Origin: an uncultured Alphaproteobacteria bacterium | Lineage (GTDB): Bacteria; Pseudomonadota; Alphaproteobacteria; HIMB59; GCA-002718135 | DNA: 64,000 bases | Reading direction: 5' to 3' | Assembly: GCA_902575375.1 (NCBI GenBank) | Contig: CACGRD010000003.1 | Span: forward strand, 300-64,299 | Translations under genes and position numbers: made by a program | In this document: positions 18,772 to 27,644 of the stretch, piece by piece | Position numbering within the stretch: position 1 is the stretch's first letter | How the letters are laid out: every line of letters starts with the position of its first letter | Notes under the pieces: generated by a model | Told to the model about the DNA's origin: nothing | Databases searched by the model: none | Seen by the model: the letters and a program-made list of their open reading frames with translations, nothing else

Positions 18772-20442
18772 TTATTTTAAAAAATTTATTATTGCATTCT
18801 TAATATCATTAACAAGATTTTTATTTTCATCTTTAGTTAGTTGACTTTCATTTTTTTTCTTATCAAGTTTTAACTTTCTTTGTGCTAATATATTTGCAAC
18901 ATAATCATACACATTAGGATTTTTAGAAAATATATCTTTTATAATATCTTTGCTAACTTTTATTACTATACAAGGAGTTTCTGCTATCACATTAGCAGAT
19001 CTTGGTTCACCAGTAAGAAGACTTCCTTCACCAACGAAATCTCCAACACCAAGTTTGGCTAAAAATACTTTATCTTTATTTTCATTATCTAAGTACACAG
19101 ATACTACCCCGTCGTTTATAACGTAAAGAGAATCTCCAGAATCATTTTGTTTAATAATGTAATCGTCTTTTTCAAAATGGAGTCTTTCTGCATTTTCAGC
19201 AATTTCATCTAAATCTTCAGAATTTAAAGACATAAAAATAGGAATTTTTTGCAGTAGGACCCTATTTTTTACTGACTCGTTATAAGGATTAAATTCACTA
19301 ACCTGACTTTTTTCAAAATCTTCTCGACTTCTGTGTATATCAAGAGCATGCAGTCCTGTATCTTCTTCAAGTTTTCCATAAAGTTTTCCAGCAGACATTT
19401 GAACACCTGCATGTCTTAAAGTTTTATGAATTTCCATCATGACACTATCTTGCATCGAATTTTTTAAAATTCTTTTTGTGCAATCAAAAGCAACAACAAA
19501 TTCTAATCCAAACTCATTAGCACCAATAAAGCGAACCCACTGTAAATTTAATTGCTCTCTACCATCAACAGGTTTTGCTTTTTTAAGAGCATTATAAAGC
19601 AATTTTGAAATATTTTCTGGATCATGAGATGGGTGAAAATATAATTTATTAAAAATATGGAATCCCTCGCTCATTTTCTCTTTATCTTGCTTGCTCCAAT
19701 TAGTTAAAATTGAATCTGCAACGATTTCATTAGGAATAATTACTTCAGTATTCTGAAATGTTCTTATTCTTGTACTTCTCCAGGTAATATTTTCTACATA
19801 ACCTGTTTTGTCATCAACAGTAATCCAATCATTTATTGTAAATGGTCTCTCAATATTTACAAAAATTCCTTTAATTAAATCTGATAAGCTTGATTGTAGA
19901 GAAAGGGCAATTGCAGCAAAAACTATACCACCTGCAGCAAGTATACTTGTAAGTTCTAAATTAAAAACAAAAGATAAAACTAAAAATGCAGGTATCGCAA
20001 ATAATAAAAACTGAAAAAGAAATGTTATGATCTCAGGTATTGTTGTTCCTGATTTATCATTTAGTGATAATATTTCGTATTTATAAAACATCATTATGAA
20101 TATTGATGGAATAAAATATAAAGTTATTAGTAAGATTTTATCTGTAAGGTTACTTATAGTTTCATTAATTAAAAAAAATTCCTTTTGAATAACTATATCA
20201 TAGGAAAAATTTACCATTAGATATGATAAAATGGGTAGTATAATGATAGTAAATAATACTCGTGTAAATTTCTTTAATTTGTTCAGCCGTATTACAGAAC
20301 CAATAATGAATACAGAAATGAGTATGTATAAAGAATTTAAAGTAACTGCATTATTATAAAATAACAGAATAGATAAAATACATAATAAGCTGATTAAAAT
20401 TATACTAATCTTAGATAGTAGGTAAAAAATGTTAATTTTCAT
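18772..20442 (-). CDS. MscS-family channel fused to a C-terminal cyclic-nucleotide-binding domain (bCNG-type)
   Basis: Multi-TM N-terminus, an MscS beta-domain block (ITVDDKTGYVENITWRSTRIRTFQNTEVIIPNE) and a cNMP phosphate-binding cassette (GDFVGEGSLLTGEPRSANVIA). Confidence 0.8.
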   Translation of the reverse strand: MKINIFYLLSKISIILISLLCILSILLFYNNAVTLNSLYILISVFIIGSVIRLNKLKKFTRVLFTIIILPILSYLMVNFSYDIVIQKEFFLINETISNLTDKILLITLYFIPSIFIMMFYKYEILSLNDKSGTTIPEIITFLFQFLLFAIPAFLVLSFVFNLELTSILAAGGIVFAAIALSLQSSLSDLIKGIFVNIERPFTINDWITVDDKTGYVENITWRSTRIRTFQNTEVIIPNEIVADSILTNWSKQDKEKMSEGFHIFNKLYFHPSHDPENISKLLYNALKKAKPVDGREQLNLQWVRFIGANEFGLEFVVAFDCTKRILKNSMQDSVMMEIHKTLRHAGVQMSAGKLYGKLEEDTGLHALDIHRSREDFEKSQVSEFNPYNESVKNRVLLQKIPIFMSLNSEDLDEIAENAERLHFEKDDYIIKQNDSGDSLYVINDGVVSVYLDNENKDKVFLAKLGVGDFVGEGSLLTGEPRSANVIAETPCIVIKVSKDIIKDIFSKNPNVYDYVANILAQRKLKLDKKKNESQLTKDENKNLVNDIKNAIINFLK

Positions 20443-20476
20443 TTTGTAATTTTTGCTATAAAGAATTTATATAAAA

Positions 20477-21217
20477 ATGAATTCATTTTCAAAGTATTTA
20501 TTCGAACACTTACATTTTGGTCTTGAAGAGAAGGATTTTACACTTATTGAAAAAATTATATTCTTTCTCATTATATTAAACTGTGTTTTTGTTGTTATTG
20601 AGTCAGAAAAATTGATTTATGAGCAATATAATCAACTCTTTGACTCAGCAAAACTTTTTTTTGGTATAGTATTTTTAATTGAGTATATTTGCAGATTAAT
20701 TGCCGTAGATCAAATTGATAAATTTAAAGGTTTAAATGGCAAGATAAAGTATATTTTTACTGTACCTGCTCTAATTGATGCAATTGCACTTATTCCATTA
20801 TTTTTAATTGGTATTAATGAAGGTTTCTTAGTACGTTTGTTAAGAGCTATAAGGATTTTTAGCATACTTCGTTTTGGACGTTTTAGTGAGTCAGTAGATT
20901 TTATACTTCATGCGATATATGACAGAAGGCATGAATTAATATTCTCACTTTTGATTACTTTAAGTTTAATGTTATTATCTGCAACGTTACTTTATGTTGT
21001 AGAAGGGGATTTGCAACCTGAAGCTTTTGGATCCATTCCAAGATCTTTATGGGTAAGTTCTGCAGCTTTACTATCAACGGGTTATGGTGATTATACTCCT
21101 ATTACATTTTTAGGTAGATTTGCAGCAGTATGCACTGCATTGTTTGGAATAGGAGCCGTTGCTTTACCAGCCGGTATATTAGCAAGTGCTTTTACAGACA
21201 GAAAAAATAGAGATTAA
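20477..21217 (+). CDS. voltage-gated-type K+ channel (6-TM, TGYGD filter)
   Basis: S4-like LVRLLRAIRIFSILRFGRF and the selectivity filter STGYGDYTP. Confidence 0.8.
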   Translation: MNSFSKYLFEHLHFGLEEKDFTLIEKIIFFLIILNCVFVVIESEKLIYEQYNQLFDSAKLFFGIVFLIEYICRLIAVDQIDKFKGLNGKIKYIFTVPALIDAIALIPLFLIGINEGFLVRLLRAIRIFSILRFGRFSESVDFILHAIYDRRHELIFSLLITLSLMLLSATLLYVVEGDLQPEAFGSIPRSLWVSSAALLSTGYGDYTPITFLGRFAAVCTALFGIGAVALPAGILASAFTDRKNRD

Positions 21218-23025
21218 TTAATAACTTGAGTTGTAAAATTTTCTAAACTTTTATTCATTTCTTCATCTGGTAGATGAAAACCTTTAATTGTCTCTTTCCA
21301 ATCTAATTTTGAATAATCATCATATTTGTTAACAAAATATTTATTTTCTTTTAAATTAATTTGATTATCCTTTTCTTTTAATGAAAATAAAAGGAATATC
21401 CAAGATCGTGGCTCCAACTCTTTAATTTTTTGAGCTTGAGTTATGCAAACATCATAATCTTTTTTACAAAAATATCCTAATACAAGATCTCTATATCTGT
21501 TATCTGATGTTTTTTGGCCGGCAGGAATAGGGTCTAATTCAAGCGCTTTATGAAGTAATTCTAAACCTTGATCAATTTTTTTATTTCTTACTAATATTTC
21601 TCCATAAACTGCTAGGACTCTTGGATCATTTGGATTCATAGAGTACGCAATCTTTCCGTGTTCTTCTGATTCTTCATATTTTTTTTGCATTAAGGAAATA
21701 GCTGAGCTAATTCTTCTTACTTCATAATCGTTCTCATCGTGCTCTAAACTTTTTTCAATATGGTGAAAAATCATTTTCATCATTTTATCATTATCTTCAT
21801 AATATTGTTTACCTAGGCCACCACCAATTGTACAAGCTTTAAGTGAGTGCGCTCTTGCATTAGTTTCATCTTGTTCGAGAGCTTTATCAAAGTGAAATAA
21901 AGCTTTATCATTATGTTCTTTTGCTGACGATTGTCTAAGCCAATGATATCTTCCAATAACTAAATTTTCATAAGAATTTAAATTTTCAGTGGGTTTTCTT
22001 TTGATATTTTGTAAATTTGTAATTTCTATATTACCTAATAATTCTTTTGATATCTTTTGTACAATTTCATCTTGAATATCAAAAATGTCCTCAAGAACTC
22101 TATCATATCGATCTCCCCATATAATAGAACCATCTTTTGCATTAGTTAAATCTACCGCTACTCTTAATCTATTACCAGCTGATCTAATATTTCCACCAAC
22201 TAAAAAATCTATTTTATGTTTTTTCGCAAATGTAAGTGCATCTTCATTACTTTTATCATGATCGTCACATGTCTTTTTTGATACAACATCAAATTCTTTC
22301 ATTCTGGAAAACTCTATAATTAAATCACCTGTAATAGCTTCTACCAAAAATTCACTGTCATCATTTTTGCTAACATTCTTAAATGTGAGTATAGCTATTT
22401 TCGGTTGAGAAGAATTTCGTGAAACAATTACATTATCATCTTGTTTATTTTCATCTTCATTCTTCTCCTCATTAACTTCTTCAGAGAAGAAATCATCTTC
22501 ATCAATTCTTAAACCTTTTACTTTGAAAACCTCGAATTCATCACTTATATTTTTTAGTTTCCTTGTGCCATCAGCTTCTATTGAATAATCAATTCTTTTA
22601 TCAACTTGATCTTTGACAATTTTTGACACGAGGATTTTACCTGGTTCACTTTGACTTTCTAGTCTTGCAGCAACATTTACACCTGAACCCATTATATTTT
22701 TATTTTCTACAATCACATCATCAACATGAATACCAACTCTCCAGCTTAATTGTAACTTAGTTAAAGAATGTTCGTTTCTTTCATATAATTTATCCTGAAA
22801 TTTAATTGCAGCTTTAACGCATTGTACAGGACTAGAGAATTCAGCAACAACAGAATCACCAGCAGTTGAAAAAATTTTACCACCAAATTCAGCTATAACT
22901 TCATCAATGATTTTTCTGCAATCATTAAGATTGGTGAGTGTAAGTTCTTCGTTCTCCTCCATATGTTTACTAAAATTAACACAATCGGTAGCAAGAATAG
23001 TTGCTAATTTTCTTTCAGAATTCAT
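21214..23025 (-). CDS. class III adenylate cyclase with a TolB-N-like middle region and C-terminal TPR repeats
   Basis: RKLATILATDCVNFSKHME ... FSTAGDSVVAEF ... GSGVNVAARLES, followed by TPR-like repeats. I chose the ATG at 23025 (MNSERK); the track ORF extends to a GTG at 23085. Confidence 0.8.
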   Translation of the reverse strand: MNSERKLATILATDCVNFSKHMEENEELTLTNLNDCRKIIDEVIAEFGGKIFSTAGDSVVAEFSSPVQCVKAAIKFQDKLYERNEHSLTKLQLSWRVGIHVDDVIVENKNIMGSGVNVAARLESQSEPGKILVSKIVKDQVDKRIDYSIEADGTRKLKNISDEFEVFKVKGLRIDEDDFFSEEVNEEKNEDENKQDDNVIVSRNSSQPKIAILTFKNVSKNDDSEFLVEAITGDLIIEFSRMKEFDVVSKKTCDDHDKSNEDALTFAKKHKIDFLVGGNIRSAGNRLRVAVDLTNAKDGSIIWGDRYDRVLEDIFDIQDEIVQKISKELLGNIEITNLQNIKRKPTENLNSYENLVIGRYHWLRQSSAKEHNDKALFHFDKALEQDETNARAHSLKACTIGGGLGKQYYEDNDKMMKMIFHHIEKSLEHDENDYEVRRISSAISLMQKKYEESEEHGKIAYSMNPNDPRVLAVYGEILVRNKKIDQGLELLHKALELDPIPAGQKTSDNRYRDLVLGYFCKKDYDVCITQAQKIKELEPRSWIFLLFSLKEKDNQINLKENKYFVNKYDDYSKLDWKETIKGFHLPDEEMNKSLENFTTQVIN

Positions 23026-23138
23026 ATATTTTTTTTTAACTAAATTTTTTTTAAAATACCAGCCAAATATCGTAACTATTGTCACAGAATCTTAAAAAAC
23101 AAATATATATATATAAATAATTTTTATAGGAGGCTTTT

Positions 23139-23555
23139 ATGGTTGAAAGTTTTAATGGTATTTTTTATTTAATTTTATACATAATTAATATTGCGTTAGC
23201 TGGTTATTATTCATTTACATTTTTATTTAATAAAGAAAAAGAATTCGCAAAATATAACACAGATTCAAGTGCTGCACCTGCAGCAAATTTTGGAATTTTT
23301 TGGGTTACTGCTTTTTTCTTTGTTGGTCTTTATATTTTATTTACTGGACCCGAAGGCACTTGGCCTTTCTTTATAATTAATGTTATTGTCTTTGCTATGG
23401 CAACTGTCTACAATTTTTGTTTTCATTTTAAAATAGCTTTCCTTTTTGGAAGGGATAAGGTTAATTCGACAATAGAACAACCAATTGTATCAGCAGTAGT
23501 TCTAGTACTAAACTTAATTATAATTTATGGTTTATCTGATAAAATTTATCTATAA
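23139..23555 (+). CDS. 4-TM membrane protein, tandem paralogue A (unknown function)
   Basis: Strong RBS (TAGGAGG). Similar along its full length to the next ORF (MVESFNG.../MVENFGG..., ...LSDKIYL/...MSDIIYM). Confidence 0.65.
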   Translation: MVESFNGIFYLILYIINIALAGYYSFTFLFNKEKEFAKYNTDSSAAPAANFGIFWVTAFFFVGLYILFTGPEGTWPFFIINVIVFAMATVYNFCFHFKIAFLFGRDKVNSTIEQPIVSAVVLVLNLIIIYGLSDKIYL

Positions 23556-23575
23556 TAATTTTAAAAGGAGTAATT

Positions 23576-23986
23576 ATGGTTGAAAATTTTGGAGGTACTT
23601 TAAATCTAATTTTATTTTTAATTAATTTATTAGGCATATCTTACTATGGTTTCCTAACTATATTTTCACCAAATTCACTTGTTACAAGATATGATTTAGG
23701 AGAAAAGGCTTTGCCAATTGTAAGAATCATAGGAACATTTATTTTGCCAATAGTAATAATTGGAATTTGGATATTATTTAGAGAAAACGGACCTCAATCT
23801 TGCTGGATATTTTTTGTAAACGGATTTTTACTTTCTTTTGCTCAAGTTATTTTAAGTTGGGCCCAAAGATTAAAATTTATAGACCCAGATGCAAAAAGTG
23901 ATGTTGCTGATGAAGTAATAGGGCATGTATTTTTATTTGTATCAATATATCTTATATATAATATGTCAGATATAATTTATATGTAA
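23576..23986 (+). CDS. 4-TM membrane protein, tandem paralogue B (unknown function)
   Basis: RBS AAGGAG. Paralogous to ORF 23139-23555. Confidence 0.65.
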   Translation: MVENFGGTLNLILFLINLLGISYYGFLTIFSPNSLVTRYDLGEKALPIVRIIGTFILPIVIIGIWILFRENGPQSCWIFFVNGFLLSFAQVILSWAQRLKFIDPDAKSDVADEVIGHVFLFVSIYLIYNMSDIIYM

Positions 23987-23988
23987 CT

Positions 23989-24016
23989 AAAAGCTGGGGT
24001 TCAATTCCCAGCTTTT
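23989..24016. terminator. bidirectional intrinsic terminator between convergent genes
   Basis: AAAAGCTGGG (23989-23998) pairs with CCCAGCTTTT (24007-24016) around an 8-nt loop. An A-tract and a T-tract flank the GC core. Confidence 0.7.
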
Positions 24017-24017
24017 A

Positions 24018-24557
24018 TCAACTTAAAGAAAATTCTTTTACTTTATTAAATGCAAAATGATCCGCAGCATGTTTTTTTGCATATAAAACTTCTTCTACGA
24101 TACCTTCTTCATTAATCATTATATCTGTTACTGCAGTATTAAAATATCCTCCAAGAGGAATAGGCATGAAACCTCTTATTAAGGCCGGAAAGATAGAAAA
24201 TGTTTTATAAATTCCTGCTAAAAATAACTTAAACCAACTACGCTCTATTGAATATTTTTGAAAATATTTAAATTTTTCATCAGCTAAAACTGTAAATGGA
24301 ATAGGGCCGTGCTTCTTCATATTTGATTTCAAAAGATTAACATTTGAGTGAAAAATTCCTACGTGGGTGAAATTTGGACCAAATTCATTAAATCTTTTAT
24401 TAAACTCAAGTAGTCTTAAATTACAAAAAGTGCATCCAGCAACTCTATAAAAAGTTAATAAAACTTTTTTTCCTTTAGTATCTGATAAATTAAATTGATT
24501 ACCATCATGCCGGGGTAAGGTAATTTCTTCTAATTTATCTCCTTTTTTTATTTTCAT
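24018..24557 (-). CDS. AhpC/TSA-like (thioredoxin-fold) redox protein
   Basis: KKVLLTFYRVAGCTFCNLRLLEF carries the CxxC in the position typical of peroxiredoxin-like proteins. Confidence 0.55.
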   Translation of the reverse strand: MKIKKGDKLEEITLPRHDGNQFNLSDTKGKKVLLTFYRVAGCTFCNLRLLEFNKRFNEFGPNFTHVGIFHSNVNLLKSNMKKHGPIPFTVLADEKFKYFQKYSIERSWFKLFLAGIYKTFSIFPALIRGFMPIPLGGYFNTAVTDIMINEEGIVEEVLYAKKHAADHFAFNKVKEFSLS

Positions 24558-24603
24558 ACATAATTATAATACTATAAAAATAATAAGTTAATATTAAAAT
24601 TTA

Positions 24604-25029
24604 ATGACAACAATAATTATACTAAAATTCATACATTACCTTGCAATAGTTTTTTCAGGCGGTGTTTTGGTTGGTGGTGGCGTAATACAATCTGTTTATG
24701 CTAAGGCAAATCAAATACCTGATTTAAATACAGCAAAGATATTAAAATTACTTGGTTACATAGGTTTTATATCTCTTGTTATCTTATGGATATCAGGAAT
24801 TATTCTTTCAATTAATTTATATGGAGGCTTTATTATTAATAGTGCATTTACAATAAAAATAATTGCAGCAGGTTTTCTTTTAGGTCTATCTGCTCTTGTA
24901 AATTTTCATGTTTTTAATTCTTCTAAAAATAATTTACCACCGAATAAAACTATCATGAAAATAGCAACAATGAGTGGAAGAGGCCTGTTAGTAATAGTTT
25001 TAATTGCAGCAGCAATTTCATTCTATTAG
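24604..25029 (+). CDS. 4-TM membrane protein, unknown function
   Basis: Hydrophobicity pattern only. Its stop lies 1 nt from the stop of the convergent integrase gene. Confidence 0.5.
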   Translation: MTTIIILKFIHYLAIVFSGGVLVGGGVIQSVYAKANQIPDLNTAKILKLLGYIGFISLVILWISGIILSINLYGGFIINSAFTIKIIAAGFLLGLSALVNFHVFNSSKNNLPPNKTIMKIATMSGRGLLVIVLIAAAISFY

Positions 25030-25030
25030 T

Positions 25031-26089
25031 TTATAATTTCTTTGCTGCACTTGTTTCTTTAATATTAGTTAGCTTTGTATATCTATCTATCATCTGTGTT
25101 GTCTTATGACCGCTTTGAGCCATAATTTCATGAGTGGGTACTCCATTCATTCTAGCTTGAGTAATTGAACCTATTCTTAGGCTATGACCAGAAATTTTAT
25201 CACAATTTTCTATTCCTGCGTTTTCAGCTCTTTTCTTTAAAATTAAAACAAAACTTGTGTCAGTTAAACTTACTTTTTGATTTTTATTATTAAGAATATA
25301 TTTTTCTATATTGTTAGCTTTGTTAATTTTATAAAAGAGTGGGCCTGAATCAATTAATGCTACCTCTAACCAATTCTTTAACGCAGATACGGGACAATAA
25401 GGTGAGTTATTTTTAGGTAAATAGATCATTCTACCTTCACCTTTTTGATCAGTTTTAGAGAAAGGAATTAAAACCTGAACTCCATCATCTTCAAAATTTA
25501 AATGTTCATATTTCATGCCTAACAACTCTGATCTTCTGCAAAAACTATAAAAACCAATTAATATTAGAGCTTTATCTCTTATGTTTCTAAAATCATCATT
25601 ATTATCTGGAATTTTATTAATTATTTTTTCAATATCCACTTTCAAAAGCTCTTTTGCTTGGCCAGATTTGTTATTTTTTTCATCTCTTACAATTGCACTT
25701 ATTGTTTCTGAGATGTTTGGATTTTTTCTATCAAATTGAAAACCATTAACTCTATATTTATAAGTTATAGAGGCTAAAATTCTTTGTATAGTCGAGGCTT
25801 TATAAGCAGATGAAGAGTAGGGGTTATTATTTAATTTTTCCCTTCCAGGAATATTGCTTGTGCCCTTTAATATTTTTGCTTCTGGATCTTCATGAAGCCA
25901 ATCCATATAATTAGCAGTTAACGCGTATGCACTTTCTAAATCATCAACATCTAAAGGACTGCAATTGTATTTATTTTTGCAATAATCTATAAACTTTAAC
26001 CAATCTCCTTGATATTTATCCTGAGTATTTTTAGCTTTGGATTTTTCCTTTAGCTTACTTACGTTTTCATTTAGTGATATTTTAACCAT
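25031..26089 (-). CDS. int: tyrosine recombinase / phage-type integrase
   Basis: Catalytic pattern R (FCRRSELLGM), H-x-x-R (GHSLRIGS) and H...Y (GHKTTQMIDRYTK). Confidence 0.85.
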   Translation of the reverse strand: MVKISLNENVSKLKEKSKAKNTQDKYQGDWLKFIDYCKNKYNCSPLDVDDLESAYALTANYMDWLHEDPEAKILKGTSNIPGREKLNNNPYSSSAYKASTIQRILASITYKYRVNGFQFDRKNPNISETISAIVRDEKNNKSGQAKELLKVDIEKIINKIPDNNDDFRNIRDKALILIGFYSFCRRSELLGMKYEHLNFEDDGVQVLIPFSKTDQKGEGRMIYLPKNNSPYCPVSALKNWLEVALIDSGPLFYKINKANNIEKYILNNKNQKVSLTDTSFVLILKKRAENAGIENCDKISGHSLRIGSITQARMNGVPTHEIMAQSGHKTTQMIDRYTKLTNIKETSAAKKL

Positions 26090-26250
26090 ATTATATATTA
26101 CGATAATTACAGTTATCGTAAATAATAGTCAAGTGATAAATATTATAACTATAAATCAATAATTTATATACATTATTTAATTCTATTTCTAATATTACAA
26201 ACTAGATATAGATTTTCACGTGTAATAAAATACTGTATATAGTGTATAAA

Positions 26251-26973
26251 ATGGAACAATTACCGCAGGTTTCAGCTGATTCCCAGATCTTTGTATTAAC
26301 GGGTGCCGGTATAAGTAAAGAGTCTGGGATTGAAACATTCAGAGACTCTGATGGGCTTTGGAACAATCATAGGATTGAGGATGTTGCTAGTCCCGAAGGA
26401 TTCTATAGAAACCCTACTCTTGTCTATGATTTTTATAATAAACGTCGAAAAGAACTAAATTCAGGAATTAAGCCAAATAGAGCCCATATTCTTCTTCATG
26501 AATTAGAAAAAACATATAAAATTCATATAGTTACACAAAATATCGATAATTTACATGAGATTGGAGGATCATCATCAATAATTCACATGCACGGTGAACT
26601 AAATAAAGCGCGATGTATCATGAATGATAATCATGTATTTGAATGGCTAGAGGACCTAAATGAGACCCATAAATGCCCTAAATGCGGCTCTCAAATGAGA
26701 CCTCACATTGTATGGTTTGGTGAAATGCCCATGCAAATGGATGAAATTCATGACTTAGCTGAGCAATCCAGTCTATTTGTTTCTATAGGCACTTCAGGAC
26801 AAGTCTACCCTGCTGCCGGTTTCGTTTCGATGTTTAAAGATATGCGCAAACCAACAATTGAATTAAATCTGGAGCCATCAAGTAATCAAGATCAATTTGA
26901 TTTTGCCATTCATAAACCTGCTACAGTTGCTGTTGAAGAATTTAAAAATTTATTAATAAAAAATATTAAATAA
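26251..26973 (+). CDS. cobB: NAD-dependent protein deacylase, Sir2/CobB family
   Basis: GAGISKESGIETFRDSDGLWN, VTQNIDNLHE, catalytic HG (HMHGEL), Zn-ribbon cysteines (C-x...-CPKC) and IGTSGQVYPAA. The track ORF starts at GTG 26242. Confidence 0.9.
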   Translation: MEQLPQVSADSQIFVLTGAGISKESGIETFRDSDGLWNNHRIEDVASPEGFYRNPTLVYDFYNKRRKELNSGIKPNRAHILLHELEKTYKIHIVTQNIDNLHEIGGSSSIIHMHGELNKARCIMNDNHVFEWLEDLNETHKCPKCGSQMRPHIVWFGEMPMQMDEIHDLAEQSSLFVSIGTSGQVYPAAGFVSMFKDMRKPTIELNLEPSSNQDQFDFAIHKPATVAVEEFKNLLIKNIK

Positions 26974-27055
26974 TTTTTATTAACGTTATTAAATTTTTGT
27001 ACACGATTAAATTTTTTCTCATATTAAGAATCAGAAAGAGTTTTTTTATGAAGTA

Positions 27056-27511
27056 ATGATGAATAAAAAATCAGAATCTTTTAATATTGCACGACATCAA
27101 TACATAAAAGGGTATCAAGATAAGAATGAACACATCTTCCCTACTCTCGATCTTGTTGCAAAAGAATTTAGTTTAACTTTATCTACGTTACGTAAGAAAG
27201 CGGCTAATGAAGGATGGTATAAAAAAAGAAAACAATATCAAAATGTTAAAGAAGAATATGAAATGCGTAGACAATTTAAAGGAAAGTATTCAAAATTAGC
27301 TCAAATATCGAGAAATACCCTTGTCTTTGTTGAATATTTTCAAACTGAAATACACAAAGAAATAATAGAAGAAAAAAAGGGTAAAAAAATACATTCTATA
27401 GAAGATAAACAACGCTTAATTACTATGACTCAAAAAATTCAACGCTTATCAAAAGAAGCAAATGACACTTTAACTGATATTGAAAACCCTCTTAATGAAC
27501 TTTTAGATTGA
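27056..27511 (+). CDS. HTH-containing protein resembling a phage small terminase / DNA-binding protein (weak call)
   Basis: LDLVAKEFSLTLSTLRKKAANEGWYKKRK looks like the N-terminal HTH of small-terminase-type proteins. The C-terminal half is coiled-coil-like. Confidence 0.35.
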   Translation: MMNKKSESFNIARHQYIKGYQDKNEHIFPTLDLVAKEFSLTLSTLRKKAANEGWYKKRKQYQNVKEEYEMRRQFKGKYSKLAQISRNTLVFVEYFQTEIHKEIIEEKKGKKIHSIEDKQRLITMTQKIQRLSKEANDTLTDIENPLNELLD

Positions 27512-27644
27512 TTTTAATCAATATATTTATTTTTCTGGTAAACTTCTGGGCTTAGTTATTTTATCAAAGTTTTTGTAAAAGTACTCATATAAACTTTTAA
27601 GATCTTTTAATTTTTCATTGTCGTCCATAATTTCTCTTAGTATT

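Noticed and set aside
23994-24011. The sequence CTGGGGTTCAATTCCCAG resembles a tRNA T-arm (GGTTCAAnTCC) about 1 kb from the integrase. It could be a tRNA 3' fragment or att site.
   Set aside because: The loop is 8 nt rather than 7. The stem continues into AAAAGC/GCTTTT, which is incompatible with tRNA architecture. There is no acceptor/CCA context and the upstream sequence is coding. It is best read as a bidirectional terminator.
25019-25033. Possible att direct repeat: CATTCTATTAGTTTA at the integrase edge versus CATTTTCTAGTTAGTTTG at 37542-37559.
   Set aside because: Only 14 positions match, and three gaps are needed. In DNA that is about 70% AT, this is within chance expectation, so it needs a computational repeat search.
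26251-26973. The sirtuin as a Thoeris/DSR/SIR2-HerA-type NAD-depleting defence effector.
   Set aside because: It is a short single-domain protein with the canonical CobB blocks and an intact Zn-ribbon. It has no SLOG, HerA, pAgo or TIR partner gene nearby. I kept it only as a compositional and contextual observation.
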